Shown here one piece after another: positions 18,443 through 28,457 of a stretch of 64,000 bases of DNA. How positions within the stretch are numbered: position 1 is the first letter of the stretch; every line of letters starts with the position of its first letter. The stretch comes from Sedimentisphaerales bacterium (GTDB taxonomy: Bacteria > Planctomycetota > Phycisphaerae > Sedimentisphaerales > Anaerobacaceae), in assembly GCA_963708075.1 (NCBI GenBank), contig OY970194.1, forward strand, positions 5,664,001 to 5,728,000. Reading direction: 5' to 3'. A model generated the notes under the pieces. That model was not told where the DNA came from. It searched no databases and worked only from the letters and a program-made list of their open reading frames with translations. Position numbers and translations under genes: made by a program.

Positions 18443-21358
18443 ATGGTGGAGCAACTGAATCAGATCGCCCGCCTGTGGTGGGATTGGTCGGTGGCCATGT
18501 TCTGGCAGGCCGGCCTGCTGATCATCCTCATTGGATGCGTCGATCTGCTCATTCGCCGGTGGGCATGGCCGCAGTTGCGATATGCGCTGTGGTCGCTCAT
18601 TCTGGTCAAGTTGCTCCTGCCGCCCACCCTGTCTCTGCCGAGCGGCATCGTTCCGGAGCTTCGGCCGGTGGTCAGTCAGGCGTTTCGCCTGGTGAACAAC
18701 GACAAACCGGCGGCCGCAGAGAGCAATGCGGCGATTTCGGATTTCGGATTGCAGATTGCGGATTTGACTCGTGATTCTGATGTGCAATACGAAATCGTGA
18801 ATCTGCAATCGGCAGGCGCGGGGATTTCAGATGACAGATCTGAAATCTCAGATTCAGGATTCGCCGCTATTCCGCAATCCGCATTCCGCACTCCGCAATT
18901 CGCATGGCAAGTCTATGCCATGCTTACCTGGCTTGCAGGCACCTCGATTCTGGGAATATGGCTGTTTCTCAGGTTGCATTCGCTTTGTAGTCGCCATGGG
19001 TATCAGGCGGCAGCCGCTTCACTGCCGCAATCCTTCTACAATCAGATGGCTGACTGCGCGAATCGCCTGGGGCTGCGGCGTGTTCCCCGGGTCGTGGTGA
19101 CAAAGCGGCTCGCCAGTCCCGCCGTGTTCGGGGCCGTTCGCCCCGTGCTGCTCATGCCGAAAGGCTACTTGAGCAAGCTCTCGCGACGGGACACCGAGCA
19201 CATGCTCCTGCACGAGTTGGCGCACGTCAAGCGGGGCGATCTGGTCATGCACAGCCTCTACATGCTGTTACAGATCGCCTATTGGTACAACCCGCTGCTG
19301 TGGCTCGTGCGCCGGCAGATGCACCATCTGCGCGAGCTGTCCTGCGATGCCACGGTCGCCAACCTGCTTCGGGAGCGGACGACGGCGTATCGTCAGACGC
19401 TCCTGGAGACGGCCCGGCGACTGCTGAGCACCTCGGTCGAGCCGGGCCTCGGCCTGCTCGGCCTGTTTGAAGATTCGAACCGTTTACTAGTCCGTTTGAA
19501 TTGGCTGACAAAGCCAACCTGGAGGTATAGAACCATGAAACGTGTTACCGTTATCGCCATCGCCGCCCTGATGGTCGCCTGCGTGCTCCCCATGGCGCAG
19601 GGACAGGAGTCGGCTTCGAATGAAATCAGACACCCCGTACAGAATGAAACCATCTCTGTGAGCATAGAAGAGCGCCGCCCGGAGACCCCGGACCCACAGT
19701 CCCGGGAACTCATCGCCCTCCAGAAGCATCTTGACCAGATGATGGTCCAGCAGAAGGAGTTGCAGAATCAACTCCGGGCCCTGGCCGAGAGGCGCCGCGA
19801 AATGTCGCCAAGCCGGGAGGCAGGCCAAGAGTACGACGATCAGGAGCTCGCTGCCCTGCAAGAGCATCTCCATGAGATGACGATCCAGCAGCGGGAACTG
19901 CAGAATCAGCTCCGGGCGCTGGCCCGCGAACGCCGGCCGCTGGCTGAAGGACGCCGTGAAGGACAGCGGGAGCCGGCTGAGGGACGTGGCGGTGGCGCGC
20001 CCCGGCGGGAGCGAGTGGAAGAGGACATCACCGTGACAATCCCGCCGCGGGATGGGCCCGCCGAGGTGGAGGTCCGGCGCGGTGGTGGACGGCCGGGTAG
20101 CCGCGAGGCTCCCGAGGTCCGAGACGAAGCCAGACGCGAGCGAGAAAGGGCTTTGACCGAGGCCTCAAGAGCTCTGGATGAGGTGAAACGGGCCGCCGGG
20201 GAGACTCGCGCCCGGGTGCAACGGAAGTATGCAGACCGGATGGAGGCCTGGGGCTCGGAGATGAAGCAGTGGCAACAGAGCGAGCAGATGCAGCAATGGC
20301 GCCGGGAAATGGAGAATTGGCAAAAGCAGATGCAGGAATGGGCCCACAATCTGGTGCACCGGCAGGGGGACGCGGAAGTCCCTTCACCGGACGCTGCCAG
20401 GCCGGCCCCGGCGCCCCCGATGCCGCCGATGCCTCAAATGCCGAAGATGCCCGCTCCCGTGCCCAGTCCGGCTCCCTTGGAAAAGGATTTGGATCTAGAG
20501 ATGGACATGGGCGACTTGGACATTGCGGTGCAGGTGCCCGAGATCGAGTTGCCTCCCATCGAGGTGCCCCGGATCGAGCCGCCGGTGCCGCCGGTCCCAC
20601 CGGAGATCCCGGCGGAGGCAGAGGGTCTGGAGGAGGCGGTGCATCACGGCGGATTTGGCCCCATTCCGGGGGACAGGTTCCTCGAAGTGGTGAATCACGT
20701 GGGTTCGATCACGGTTCGCAGCGGCGACGCGCCTGAGTATGTGATCCGCGCGACGATCAAAGGAAGAGCGGAAACCCAAGAGCGGGCACGCGAGATCGCG
20801 GAGCGGCTGGCGATCGAGGATACAGGGCCGCAGGATGATGGCGTGGAACGCATTCTCGTGAGCAAGCCTGAGGGCCTGAGGGACCGAGAAAGCTGCGTCG
20901 TCACGATAGAGGTGACCGCCCCTCGCAACGCACGGCTCAAGCTGCGCCAGGAAGTCGGCGACATCCGCCTGGTCGGTCTGCGTGGCTCCGTGGAGGCATT
21001 TGACCGGGTGGGCTCCATCCGGGCCACCGACGTTGCCGGGAAAGTCGCCCTGAACGTCGAGGTCGGCGGCATCGATTTCGCCGCCCCCAGGGACTTGTCA
21101 GCCAAGGTGAAGGCTAAGGCCGAGCTGGGCGGCATTCAGAGCAATCTGCCACTGGAATTTGCGAAAACCGACGGCCTCGCCATGGGCCATAGCGCCTCCG
21201 GCACAATCGGGCAGGGCGATGATAACATCTCTCTGAACACGAAGATGGGCTCGATCCACATCCGCTCGCAAGCCTCCGAGTTGGTGGGGACCGAAGGGCG
21301 CCGGCGCGAGCCTCGACCTGAGCCCAGGCCTGAACCGGAGGGCGAGGAGGTGTTTTGA
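18443..21358 (+). CDS. BlaR1-like M56 peptidase sensor with coiled-coil, Pro-rich and DUF4097-like C-terminal region
   Basis: LRYALW, SPAVFG, LLHELAHVKRGD, WYNPLLW, ELSCD; no penicillin-binding domain; C-terminal GSI/GDI beta repeats. Confidence 0.9.
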   Translation: MVEQLNQIARLWWDWSVAMFWQAGLLIILIGCVDLLIRRWAWPQLRYALWSLILVKLLLPPTLSLPSGIVPELRPVVSQAFRLVNNDKPAAAESNAAISDFGLQIADLTRDSDVQYEIVNLQSAGAGISDDRSEISDSGFAAIPQSAFRTPQFAWQVYAMLTWLAGTSILGIWLFLRLHSLCSRHGYQAAAASLPQSFYNQMADCANRLGLRRVPRVVVTKRLASPAVFGAVRPVLLMPKGYLSKLSRRDTEHMLLHELAHVKRGDLVMHSLYMLLQIAYWYNPLLWLVRRQMHHLRELSCDATVANLLRERTTAYRQTLLETARRLLSTSVEPGLGLLGLFEDSNRLLVRLNWLTKPTWRYRTMKRVTVIAIAALMVACVLPMAQGQESASNEIRHPVQNETISVSIEERRPETPDPQSRELIALQKHLDQMMVQQKELQNQLRALAERRREMSPSREAGQEYDDQELAALQEHLHEMTIQQRELQNQLRALARERRPLAEGRREGQREPAEGRGGGAPRRERVEEDITVTIPPRDGPAEVEVRRGGGRPGSREAPEVRDEARRERERALTEASRALDEVKRAAGETRARVQRKYADRMEAWGSEMKQWQQSEQMQQWRREMENWQKQMQEWAHNLVHRQGDAEVPSPDAARPAPAPPMPPMPQMPKMPAPVPSPAPLEKDLDLEMDMGDLDIAVQVPEIELPPIEVPRIEPPVPPVPPEIPAEAEGLEEAVHHGGFGPIPGDRFLEVVNHVGSITVRSGDAPEYVIRATIKGRAETQERAREIAERLAIEDTGPQDDGVERILVSKPEGLRDRESCVVTIEVTAPRNARLKLRQEVGDIRLVGLRGSVEAFDRVGSIRATDVAGKVALNVEVGGIDFAAPRDLSAKVKAKAELGGIQSNLPLEFAKTDGLAMGHSASGTIGQGDDNISLNTKMGSIHIRSQASELVGTEGRRREPRPEPRPEPEGEEVF
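18733..18904. repeat. Degenerate 7-bp periodic repeats in direct and inverted orientation inside the BlaR1 CDS
   Basis: GATTTCG GATTTCG GATTGCA GATTGCG ... CGAAATC, TGCAATC ... CAATCCG CATTCCG CACTCCG. Confidence 0.75.
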
Positions 21359-21412
21359 TAGATGATCCGCTCGCCGACTGGGCGGGCTTCCATATGAGGC
21401 AAATTGCAGGAG

Positions 21413-21440
21413 AAGGCCGGGACAGTTACCCGGCCTTTTC
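21413..21440. terminator. Probable intrinsic terminator between convergent genes
   Basis: AAGGCCGGG-acagtta-CCCGGCCTT followed by TT. Confidence 0.6.
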
Positions 21441-21478
21441 CATTGTGTCTCACAGACTGGCGGTCTCCAGGTGTCCCG

Positions 21479-22540
21479 TCAGCGCTTGTCGAAGTAGTGT
21501 AAATCCCACTGGTCGAGCCAGGGGATTGTGACAGTGTTGTCAGGGCCGATCGTGAGGGGCAGCCAGATGTAGCGGGAATCGGAGAGTCTTCGCGGCATCC
21601 AGCGGTCGGCCATGAAGATGAAACGGCCCGGCTTGCCTGATATCGGCAGCACGCACGTGCTCTGTGAACGGAAGGTGAGTTCCGCCTCGGGACCGGCGCA
21701 TGGATTGCCTTTCGATTCCCATGGACCGAGGATGTTGTCGGCCACAGCGTACTCGGCGGCGTTGGGGTTCCAGCCCGTGCAGCCCGACGTGACCATGTAA
21801 TAGCGGCTCCCGTATTTGAATGGGGCGGGGGCCTCCCGCATTCTGCGGACGAGGATTCGCGCCCAGGTCTTGTCCTGCACCATGGGAGTCTCGGGGCCTG
21901 TGTAGTCGTCATTCAGCCGCACGACGTACATGGTCCAGTTACCCTCAGAGGCGTAGAACGCGTAGGCCTTGCCGTCGTCGTCCACGAACAGGTTCATGTC
22001 GCGGTAAGTTCCGCCGAATTCCTTCTGGCGGTCGGGGTCGTCGTCCTTGGCGCCGAAGTCGAATTGGACGGGTCGCGCGTGATGCAGGAAGGTGAACGGT
22101 CCGGCCGGCTGATCGCTTACGGCGACGCCCGCCTGTGCAAAATGGTATCCTCGCTGCTCCAGATGCATCCACATGACGTACTTGCCGGTCTTGGCGTTAA
22201 AAATGACCTTGGGCCGCTCAAAGAAGGAGGTGTCGCGGATGTCCGCCGGGAGCGCATCATGCGAGAATACGACGCCTTCATGCTTCCAGGTGTACAAGTC
22301 TGTGGAACTGTAACAGGAGACGCCAGTCTGGCGGTTCGTGCGGTCCTCGCCATACCAGTAATAGGTATTGCCTCGAACGAGGACGCCGCCTCCGTGAGCT
22401 TGGATCGACTTGCCATTGGTGTCGAGCCAGACTTCCCCCGGGACAAACTGCCTGTTCTTGCTCTCCTGCTGTACAGATTCCTGAGCCCACAGAGAGTGGC
22501 AGATCGCAGCCACAAACGCCAGAGAGATGATCCGTTTCAC
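21479..22540 (-). CDS. Glycoside hydrolase family 43 (exo-beta-1,3-galactanase-like subfamily)
   Basis: Signal peptide; IQAHGG, YYWYGE, ERPKV, RDMNLFVDDDG, REAPA, SGCTGW, SQST, MADRW. Confidence 0.85.
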   Translation of the reverse strand: MKRIISLAFVAAICHSLWAQESVQQESKNRQFVPGEVWLDTNGKSIQAHGGGVLVRGNTYYWYGEDRTNRQTGVSCYSSTDLYTWKHEGVVFSHDALPADIRDTSFFERPKVIFNAKTGKYVMWMHLEQRGYHFAQAGVAVSDQPAGPFTFLHHARPVQFDFGAKDDDPDRQKEFGGTYRDMNLFVDDDGKAYAFYASEGNWTMYVVRLNDDYTGPETPMVQDKTWARILVRRMREAPAPFKYGSRYYMVTSGCTGWNPNAAEYAVADNILGPWESKGNPCAGPEAELTFRSQSTCVLPISGKPGRFIFMADRWMPRRLSDSRYIWLPLTIGPDNTVTIPWLDQWDLHYFDKR

Positions 22541-22706
22541 GTCCTTACCCTTCCAATGACTACGATTCTGACATACAAGATCGTGAGCGATTCTACCCAT
22601 CCTGATGGGCGGACTTACACACAAAAAAAGCGGATTGGTATACGAAAGCGCATGCCCGCGTTGTTATATATGCGGCAATCGATTGTTTTGTGAGAGCGGC
22701 CGTTCG

Positions 22707-23252
22707 ATGCTGGAAGACACAGTACTTGTGCTGAGATTCAATCGCGGTGATCTACGCGTCCTTCACCGCATCTACGATAAGTATAAGGACGATCTGGTGA
22801 CCCTGGCGGCGGCGCTGTTGATGGACATAAGCTCGGCCCAGGACGTTGTGCACGATGTGTTCATCTCGTTCCTCGATTCCGCCGGGCGGTTCAGGCTGAC
22901 AGGCAGCTTGAGGGGTTACCTGGCGACCTGCGTCGCGAATCGGGCCCGCAACCTGAACAAGGCCGCCCGACGGCATCATGGGTCCGCATTGGAGGATGTC
23001 GCGGACCCGGCCTGTGATTCTCCGCCGCCGGAACAGAGGGCGATCTTTGGCGAGGAGTTGAGCCGCTTGAGCCGGGCTTTGCTGCAACTGCCGTACGAGC
23101 AGCGCGAGGTCCTGCTCCTACGCTCGCATAGCGGCATGCGGTTCGCCGCGATTGCCAAAGCTCAGGGCGTTTCGATCAACACCGTGCAGGGCCGCTATCG
23201 GTATGCCATGGACAAATTGCGATCCCTGCTCAATCCCGAGGCGAACGAATGA
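22707..23252 (+). CDS. ECF sigma factor
   Basis: AQDVVHDVF, LRGYLATCVAN, LPYEQREV, TVQGRYRYAMDKLR. Confidence 0.92.
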   Translation: MLEDTVLVLRFNRGDLRVLHRIYDKYKDDLVTLAAALLMDISSAQDVVHDVFISFLDSAGRFRLTGSLRGYLATCVANRARNLNKAARRHHGSALEDVADPACDSPPPEQRAIFGEELSRLSRALLQLPYEQREVLLLRSHSGMRFAAIAKAQGVSINTVQGRYRYAMDKLRSLLNPEANE

Positions 23253-24094
23253 GATCAGCACACGACATTGACAATCGCATCAGGCAGCTACACCTGAGGG
23301 CCAGCGATGCTCTCGATGCCCGTGTTCATGCCGGCATCGACAGGGCACTGGCCGACAAAGAGAAAAACACGCATCCTGTGATAGGGAGAACGATTATGGC
23401 TCATCCAATCATGAAGTTGGCGGCAGTGGCGGCGGTGGTCATTGCCGGGCTGTTCGGCCTGAATATCATCAGTATGCCGCACGGCGGCGTGGCCTGGGCG
23501 GCGATACCCGGCCACATCGGCGAGATCGACACCCTCATGTTCCGTCTGACCATCGGCGTCGGCGGAGACGATACGGCCAAGACTATACCTACAGGCCAAT
23601 GGACCTTCTACCTGTCAGAGCGCCACGGCTTTCGCATGGACATCGGCGCCGGCGAGGGGGCTGTCGCCTCGTGGTACGTCGCCCCCGGATCAGACACGCT
23701 GGTCACCGTGATTCCCGGCGAGAAGAAGTGGTCGAAGCGCCTGCTCTCGCCGGAGGAGCGAGCCAAAGCGCTCGAGGAATACGAAGACCCGGCAGACTAC
23801 ATCAATCGTTTTCTGGCTCATGGGTACACAGAGCTTGGCCGGTCGGTGATCGACGGCATTGAAGTCGAGGGAATCGAGGTGACTGACCCGCCCACGGATG
23901 GCGAGAAGCTCCAGAACGCCGTAGGCAGATTGTGGGTGGATGTCAGAACGGAACTGCCCATCCGAATCGAAATTGAAGGTATGGCCGGCGGTCAGGCGGT
24001 TCAACGGCTCATGGAATTCAAGTGGGCAGAGGCCGTGGACCCCGCCGCCTTCGAGCCCAATATCCCCAGCGATTACACGCCGTTGGGCGAGTGA
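23249..24094 (+). CDS. Putative anti-sigma factor: single TM helix plus LolA-like periplasmic domain
   Basis: ATGA overlap with sigma; TM KLAAVAAVVIAGLFGL; LWVDVRTELPIRIE; FEPNIPSDY. Confidence 0.75.
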   Translation: MRSAHDIDNRIRQLHLRASDALDARVHAGIDRALADKEKNTHPVIGRTIMAHPIMKLAAVAAVVIAGLFGLNIISMPHGGVAWAAIPGHIGEIDTLMFRLTIGVGGDDTAKTIPTGQWTFYLSERHGFRMDIGAGEGAVASWYVAPGSDTLVTVIPGEKKWSKRLLSPEERAKALEEYEDPADYINRFLAHGYTELGRSVIDGIEVEGIEVTDPPTDGEKLQNAVGRLWVDVRTELPIRIEIEGMAGGQAVQRLMEFKWAEAVDPAAFEPNIPSDYTPLGE

Positions 24095-24124
24095 GCTATT
24101 GCTCAAAGCACAGATGTTTGAACT

Positions 24125-24221
24125 CCGGGTGGCAGCGGCAAGCGGAGCGCAGTGGAGCTTGCCGATGGTGTTACGCATCTCAGGAGCCATCGGCAAGCTC
24201 GCGCTTGCCGCTGCCACCCGG
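24125..24221. repeat. REP/MITE-like nested palindrome, copy 1
   Basis: CCGGGTGGCAGCGGCAAGCG...CGCTTGCCGCTGCCACCCGG with inner stem GAGCTTGCCGATGG/CCATCGGCAAGCTC; related copy at 52125. Confidence 0.8.
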
Positions 24222-24366
24222 CACAGTGCCCTAAAATCTGCCCAGACACCGCCCACTCGTCAGGCACTATATTCATCGAAGAGATCCTCTCCGTAAGGTA
24301 AAATCACCTCAACCAACGTCATACTGGTGACAATCGGTTGTCAAGCAATGCTTGGGCGGATCGCGG

Positions 24367-24912
24367 ATGCTCGAAGACAGAAGACTCCTGTGGCGGCTGA
24401 AGCGCGGCGACAAGGACGCGCTGCGGCTGATCTATGAACAGCACGAGGGCGGTCTGTTGACTCTGGCTGCCAACCTCCTGCACGATCCTGCGACCGCGGA
24501 GGACGTGGTTCAGGATGTGTTTATCGCCCTGGTGCGTTCTGTGCCCCGGCTGCAGCTTCGCCGCACGCTCCGGGCCTATCTGGCCACCGCGGTGGCCAAC
24601 CGCGTGCGGGATTGCTATCGCAAGAGGTCCCGGGAACGGCTGGTCCCCATCGAGGACGCCGGCCGGGTCGCCGCGGGCTCCGACGGGCCGGTGCAGATGG
24701 TAATCGACGACGAGCAGATGCGAAAGCTCAGATCGGCCCTGGAGGAACTGCCCTACGAGCAGCGCGAGGTCATCATGCTCCGCATGCACGCGGACATGAA
24801 GTTCAGAGAGATCGCAGAACACCAGAATGTGACAGTCAAGACCGCTCTGAGCCGGTACCAGTACGGATTGAACAAACTCCGTTCGATTCTGAACGGCGAG
24901 GTGTCAAAATGA
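24367..24912 (+). CDS. ECF sigma factor (paralogue of 22707)
   Basis: MLED start, AEDVVQDVF, LRAYLATAVAN, LPYEQREV, SRYQYGLNKLR. Confidence 0.92.
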   Translation: MLEDRRLLWRLKRGDKDALRLIYEQHEGGLLTLAANLLHDPATAEDVVQDVFIALVRSVPRLQLRRTLRAYLATAVANRVRDCYRKRSRERLVPIEDAGRVAAGSDGPVQMVIDDEQMRKLRSALEELPYEQREVIMLRMHADMKFREIAEHQNVTVKTALSRYQYGLNKLRSILNGEVSK

Positions 24913-26492
24913 CCGTGAACGATCCTTTGGAAAACATGCTTCGGAAGTTGCGTTACCAGGCCGCCGCCGAGCGACGGCAGGAAACGCTTTCGAACATCTC
25001 CGATGTGATGGATGAGTTTCAGGAACAAGTCCCGACGGCAGGTCGGCCGCAGATATGGAGACTGACCGTGAACACCCGAGTCGGAAGGCTGGCCCTGGCG
25101 GCGGCTGTGATTCTGACCGTGCTGGGCGGCGTCACCTTCTGGCCTGGGGGCAGCGACACCAGCGGCAAATGGTGGCTTGGCTCACGCGCGGCGTGGGGCC
25201 AGGAACTGCTCAATTCCCTGGAGAAGATCGATGCCGTGATCTACCGCCAGCGGGTTGGCCGCGTCAGCGATTTCGGCTTGCCGGAGATGAGCCGTGGCTG
25301 GGAGCGGCGCTACAACGCAAAGGATCGGTACCGTCGGGACCGCTACGACGACGGGGTGAACATCATGAACACCCAATGGGTTTTCCCCGATGGAAACGAT
25401 CTGCGGATGGTCGAAGTCTCGTACGAGTACGAGTGCTACTTCGAACGGAAGAACGAGGCCTACGGCTTTATCGAGGATTTCACCGAGAGGATGCGATCCT
25501 ACGTCCGGCTTCTCGACAAGGCAGATCGCATTCTCGACACGCAAGTATTCAACGGCCGGGAATGCATCGGCTTTGAGATCAGCACCGCCAAGTATGGCAA
25601 TAATCCACAGGGCCCATTCGACCGCATCTGGTTCGATGTGGAAACGAGGCTCCCCGCGAGGATCGAGAGGCACCGCCCGGATTCCGGCTTCGACGCGCAC
25701 GTGGATTTCGGCTTCGATGCGGCGGAGACGATGATCATTATTCACGATCAATTCCAGTATCTCGCGAAGGTGCCTATGGATCTGTTCATACCGGCAATTC
25801 CCGCCGGCTATGTCAACGCCTTTCCGGACGATATCCGCACGGCAAGAGACAAAGAGAAGAAGGGCGAGATGATCGTTGCCCAGGTGCCCGAGGGCCTCCA
25901 AGAGCGGATCGTCGCCGCCTTGACAGCCGTGGACACCGGGGCCTATACCGAAGGGGACGCGCGTATCTGTTTCACGAAGAACGCCTGGCGTAACGATCGT
26001 CCTTATGGGGGCGAGACTCAGTATACCCTGTGGTATGTTCTGAAAGGGGCATTGCCTGAGGGACCGTTCGAGCTCACCGACGGCCTCGGCGTGACAGAAA
26101 CCCTGGTGGATTTCACAGAGAAGACGTATCGGATCACCGATCACACGGGGCAGCAGCCGCCCCGTCATCCCATGACTCATATCTTCTTCCGCGCGGGCCT
26201 CATCGACAGGGCGGATCGATTCTACGAGTCTGCGGAGATCGATGGCATCAAATGCTTCGGCTTCGACGTCAGCGCCAAGAAGTACGGCAACAACCCGGAT
26301 GGCGCATTCCATCGTGTCTGGTTCGATGCGGCGACGCATCTGCCCGTGCGGATGGAGACTCATTGGCCGGACGGCGACGGCACCGGCGTGAGCACCACTG
26401 TCCAGGAGCACTTTGACTGGGACCCCGAGCTGCCTGAGGGTTTCTTCACTGCCCAGGTTCCGGCGGGATTCACCTTAGACGCAAAGGAGTAA
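24909..26492 (+). CDS. Putative anti-sigma factor with two tandem LolA-like domains
   Basis: ATGA overlap; TM RLALAAAVILTVLGGV; duplicated KYGNNPxGxFxRxWFDxxTxLPxRxE. Confidence 0.75.
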   Translation: MTVNDPLENMLRKLRYQAAAERRQETLSNISDVMDEFQEQVPTAGRPQIWRLTVNTRVGRLALAAAVILTVLGGVTFWPGGSDTSGKWWLGSRAAWGQELLNSLEKIDAVIYRQRVGRVSDFGLPEMSRGWERRYNAKDRYRRDRYDDGVNIMNTQWVFPDGNDLRMVEVSYEYECYFERKNEAYGFIEDFTERMRSYVRLLDKADRILDTQVFNGRECIGFEISTAKYGNNPQGPFDRIWFDVETRLPARIERHRPDSGFDAHVDFGFDAAETMIIIHDQFQYLAKVPMDLFIPAIPAGYVNAFPDDIRTARDKEKKGEMIVAQVPEGLQERIVAALTAVDTGAYTEGDARICFTKNAWRNDRPYGGETQYTLWYVLKGALPEGPFELTDGLGVTETLVDFTEKTYRITDHTGQQPPRHPMTHIFFRAGLIDRADRFYESAEIDGIKCFGFDVSAKKYGNNPDGAFHRVWFDAATHLPVRMETHWPDGDGTGVSTTVQEHFDWDPELPEGFFTAQVPAGFTLDAKE

Positions 26493-26496
26493 TCTC

Positions 26497-28396
26497 ATGT
26501 ACCGCTACTTGACGAGCATTCTCATCATCACGTGTGGATTGTGCTGTGGCAGCCCTGTAAGCGGGGCGGCCTCGAATGCGGGTCCCCAGCCGGCCTGTGT
26601 CGATTCCGACTCGGATGGGTTGGAGGATTCCTTCGAGGCGAAGCTGGGGACTGATCCCGCACGCCCCGACTCCGACGGCGATGGATTCTGCGACTACGAC
26701 GAACACTGCAAGTACCGGACGGACCCGACGCAGAAGGACACCGACGGCGACGGCACGCCGGACGCGGATTGGGGAGAACGCAGGGAGTATGCCTACACCA
26801 TACGGGCTATCTGCGAGATCAGGCCGCCGAACACCGTGGAGGGGATGAATGACCTTTATCAGGATGTCCGTCCGGCAGGCAGACAGGCCCGGCTGGAGGA
26901 CGGCACCGTCGTGGAAATCCTGCTCTTTCCCTTCTCCTCGCCGTACGTGTTTGCACAGCCCTATCCCCGTACCGCGATTCCTGAATCTCTGCAGAAGTAC
27001 GTCGAGCGCGACCTGAGCATGAACTTCTCGGATGAGATGCAGAAGGAAATCAAGGAAAAGATCGTGCGCGGTGCGACGACAGATGTCGAGGCCACCGAGA
27101 AGATTCTTGCCTGGATGGCCGGCGGAGACCAGCCTGGCGAACCGTCTTCCTGAGTTTGCCTTTTTCAACGTGGTGGACAACAAGATCGTCTGGCGGCAAT
27201 CGTTGGGCAGTCCGCAGCAGGATGAGCAGCTTTTACAGACGAATTTCTTCGGGGACTCGATGTTCAAAAGCCGCCTGCACGGGACCTGCAGCTCGACGGC
27301 TACCTTGCGGGCGACCATGCTGCGCGCCGCCGGCATCCCGACGCGCCTGATTCAGAACCTGCCCCTGATCAACCGGTACGAGAGAGATCCCGAACCTCTC
27401 TTGGAGGCGCTCCGCATGAGGGTCATGGCGGGAGGGTACGACTGGGGACAGGGTGGCGGGGGCGCCAACCACGTCTACAACGAGGTATTTCTGAACAATC
27501 GGTGGATTCGCGTGGACAACGTGATCAACCCCGGGCCATTCGTGGGCGATAAGCTGTTTGTCAGGGTCTACTCGCTGGCAAGCTGGAATGACCGCGCCGA
27601 CTGGCGTACGCCGAGACCACAGGAAGAGGGCTGGAATGAGAATCGCGACCTCAGGACACTCGAAGTCTCAGACGCGTACCCGAAATACCCATCCTCTGCC
27701 GCGCTCGCCATCGACATGGCGGTGGAGGATGCGAGTCTTAGCGTAAAGGCGAACGCCGACGGGAGCTTCACCGCGACGATCCGCATCCGCAACAAGGGGG
27801 CCGCGCCGAGCACCGAGTTCGGAGTCCACTTCTTCGCGGGCGATCCTCAGAAGGGGGGAAGACTCTTGGCCACCCACAGTTCCGGACCGATCATGCCGGG
27901 AGGGACCTGGGGTGAGTATAACCCTGAACTTCGCCTGAAGCCCGACGAGGATACGATTGTCGTGATCATCGACCCGGAGGACAGAGTCAAGGAATTAGAC
28001 GAGTCGAACAACAAAGCGTCACACAGGATCGAGGGACGCCTGCCCAAGGAGTCTTCCGCTGCTCAGAAAGCTGGGCCCGCTCGCCAACGCCATTTCGTGA
28101 CCATCGTCCTCGGCGAGGACAAGATGACGTTCCAGGGGCAGGAGGTGACTTGGGAGCAGTTGCCCGCGCTGCTCGAACAGGTGCCGGATCGTCCGCAGAC
28201 TGTTTTGCAGCTCGCCGTGACGTCACGAGACATTGAAAACCGTCAGGACTGGAAGGACACGATCGACCGTTTGGGCACCTTACATTCCAAGTACGGCTTC
28301 GAATACGATAGCTTGATTGGTGTGCATCCCCTGGGCACGAAAGGTGGGCCATCGCAGCTCTTGTCCTCCGAGGGATCTGCTGAGGCGCAACCATAA
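26497..28396 (+). CDS. Secreted transglutaminase-like protein with DxDGDG Ca-binding repeats, CARDB-like domain and ExbD-like tail; +1 frameshift near 27122
   Basis: DSDSDGL, DSDGDGF, DTDGDG; GTCSSTA...RAAGIPTR, NHVYNEV, WIRVD triad; VIIDPEDRVKELDESNN; ORFs 26497-27153 and 27032-28396. Confidence 0.75.
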
Positions 28397-28457
28397 CTCC
28401 GGGCTGGGTCTTTTCCGTTGCCGTTCCAAGCCCGAGCCGCTACCTTGTCCCGACAGC

